From Octopus sinensis (Eukaryota), in the NCBI RefSeq assembly GCF_006345805.1, contig NC_043003.1, positions 70,990,001 to 71,054,000 on the forward strand: 64,000 bases of DNA, in the 5' to 3' direction. Shown in pieces: positions 63,252 through 64,000 of the stretch (within the stretch, counting starts at the first letter, position 1; each line of letters starts with the position of its first letter). The notes beneath the pieces are model-generated. The model saw only the letters and a list, made by a program, of their open reading frames with translations. It had not been told where the DNA came from and ran no database searches. The position numbers were made by a program, and so were the translations under genes.

Positions 63252-64000
63252 CATGCAATTGAGACCAAAGTGTTGTGATATGTCTTTCTCTTTTGTTTTT
63301 CAAAAGCCAAATGTGTAACGTTTAGAATGCCTATAAACCTTTCTGACTGTATATGAAATTTATTCTTCCTTTGATTACAACAATACGAGTGGGAATAGAA
63401 TTAAGTATTAACAGTATATTGTTTTTATTTCTGTGCAAAAATATTTTCTCGTCACCTGATCGATTTAATAAATGTGTCATTGAAATAGATACTTTTGCCA
63501 TTGTTTCGCCTTTTGTGTATGGCTATTGTGTTAAATTAATGAAACAAAACTCACAAAAGCACAGATTCTTCAGTTAGTTGACACACACGGTCACATACAT
63601 AAATGCATTGACTAGCTTGATAAAGTATAGTTTGTTCGCTTTTGTCACAAGATCACTTTGTTACTATTTCATAATAAGAACTTTTTAAAAGTAATTTAGC
63701 ATGAAACTAATATTTATCACATTGTACACAACTTTGCATGTATGTTTGTATGCATAGAAAGTGTTTACGTAACAATCTAGTTACTTCCCACGACAAAATT
63801 TGTTTCCAACTAGCTGTCACATGCGTTTCAAATGTTAACACAAAAACTCTTTACTTTCAGTCCAAGAAGAATTACTCTTGAGGGGTCAAAGAAATTTAAC
63901 CAGTCACCAAAAATATATATAAGAATAGAAATTTGACAAAAATATTTGGCACAGAAAAAAAATTCATAGATAATATTAGACTGAATACAGAAGCGATATA

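Noticed and set aside
575-63310. Dozens of listed ORFs rich in YI, CV, HT, MYVC or LSIY
   Set aside because: They are translations of microsatellites lacking stop codons, not genes.

Overview
Eukaryotic, AT-rich, microsatellite-saturated and mostly non-coding window. The SINE and microsatellite repertoire points to an octopus (inference from family resemblance, no database search run). No host gene can be established; there are two weak candidate exons. The window is a mosaic of tRNA-derived SINEs (about six families), LINE remnants (RTE, CR1, HERO/R2-type, R4/Dong-type, a CCHC ORF1), Penelope-like element (PLE) fragments, two nearly intact mariners, Helitron-like elements, and pogo, maT, Chapaev3-like and MITE DNA elements. 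The main hidden signal is a set of type I hammerhead ribozyme (HHR) motifs from several unrelated PLE-terminal families, each with its own self-complementary helix III. The best example is a young ~990-bp head-to-head multimer of a 359-bp non-coding unit (15012-15998). It carries two identical hammerheads with a compensatory U3-A8 core and sits inside the (TA)n of a SINE. Hammerheads in PLEs are known; these particular motifs, the long helix II variant and their activity are untested predictions. All folds were done by eye.
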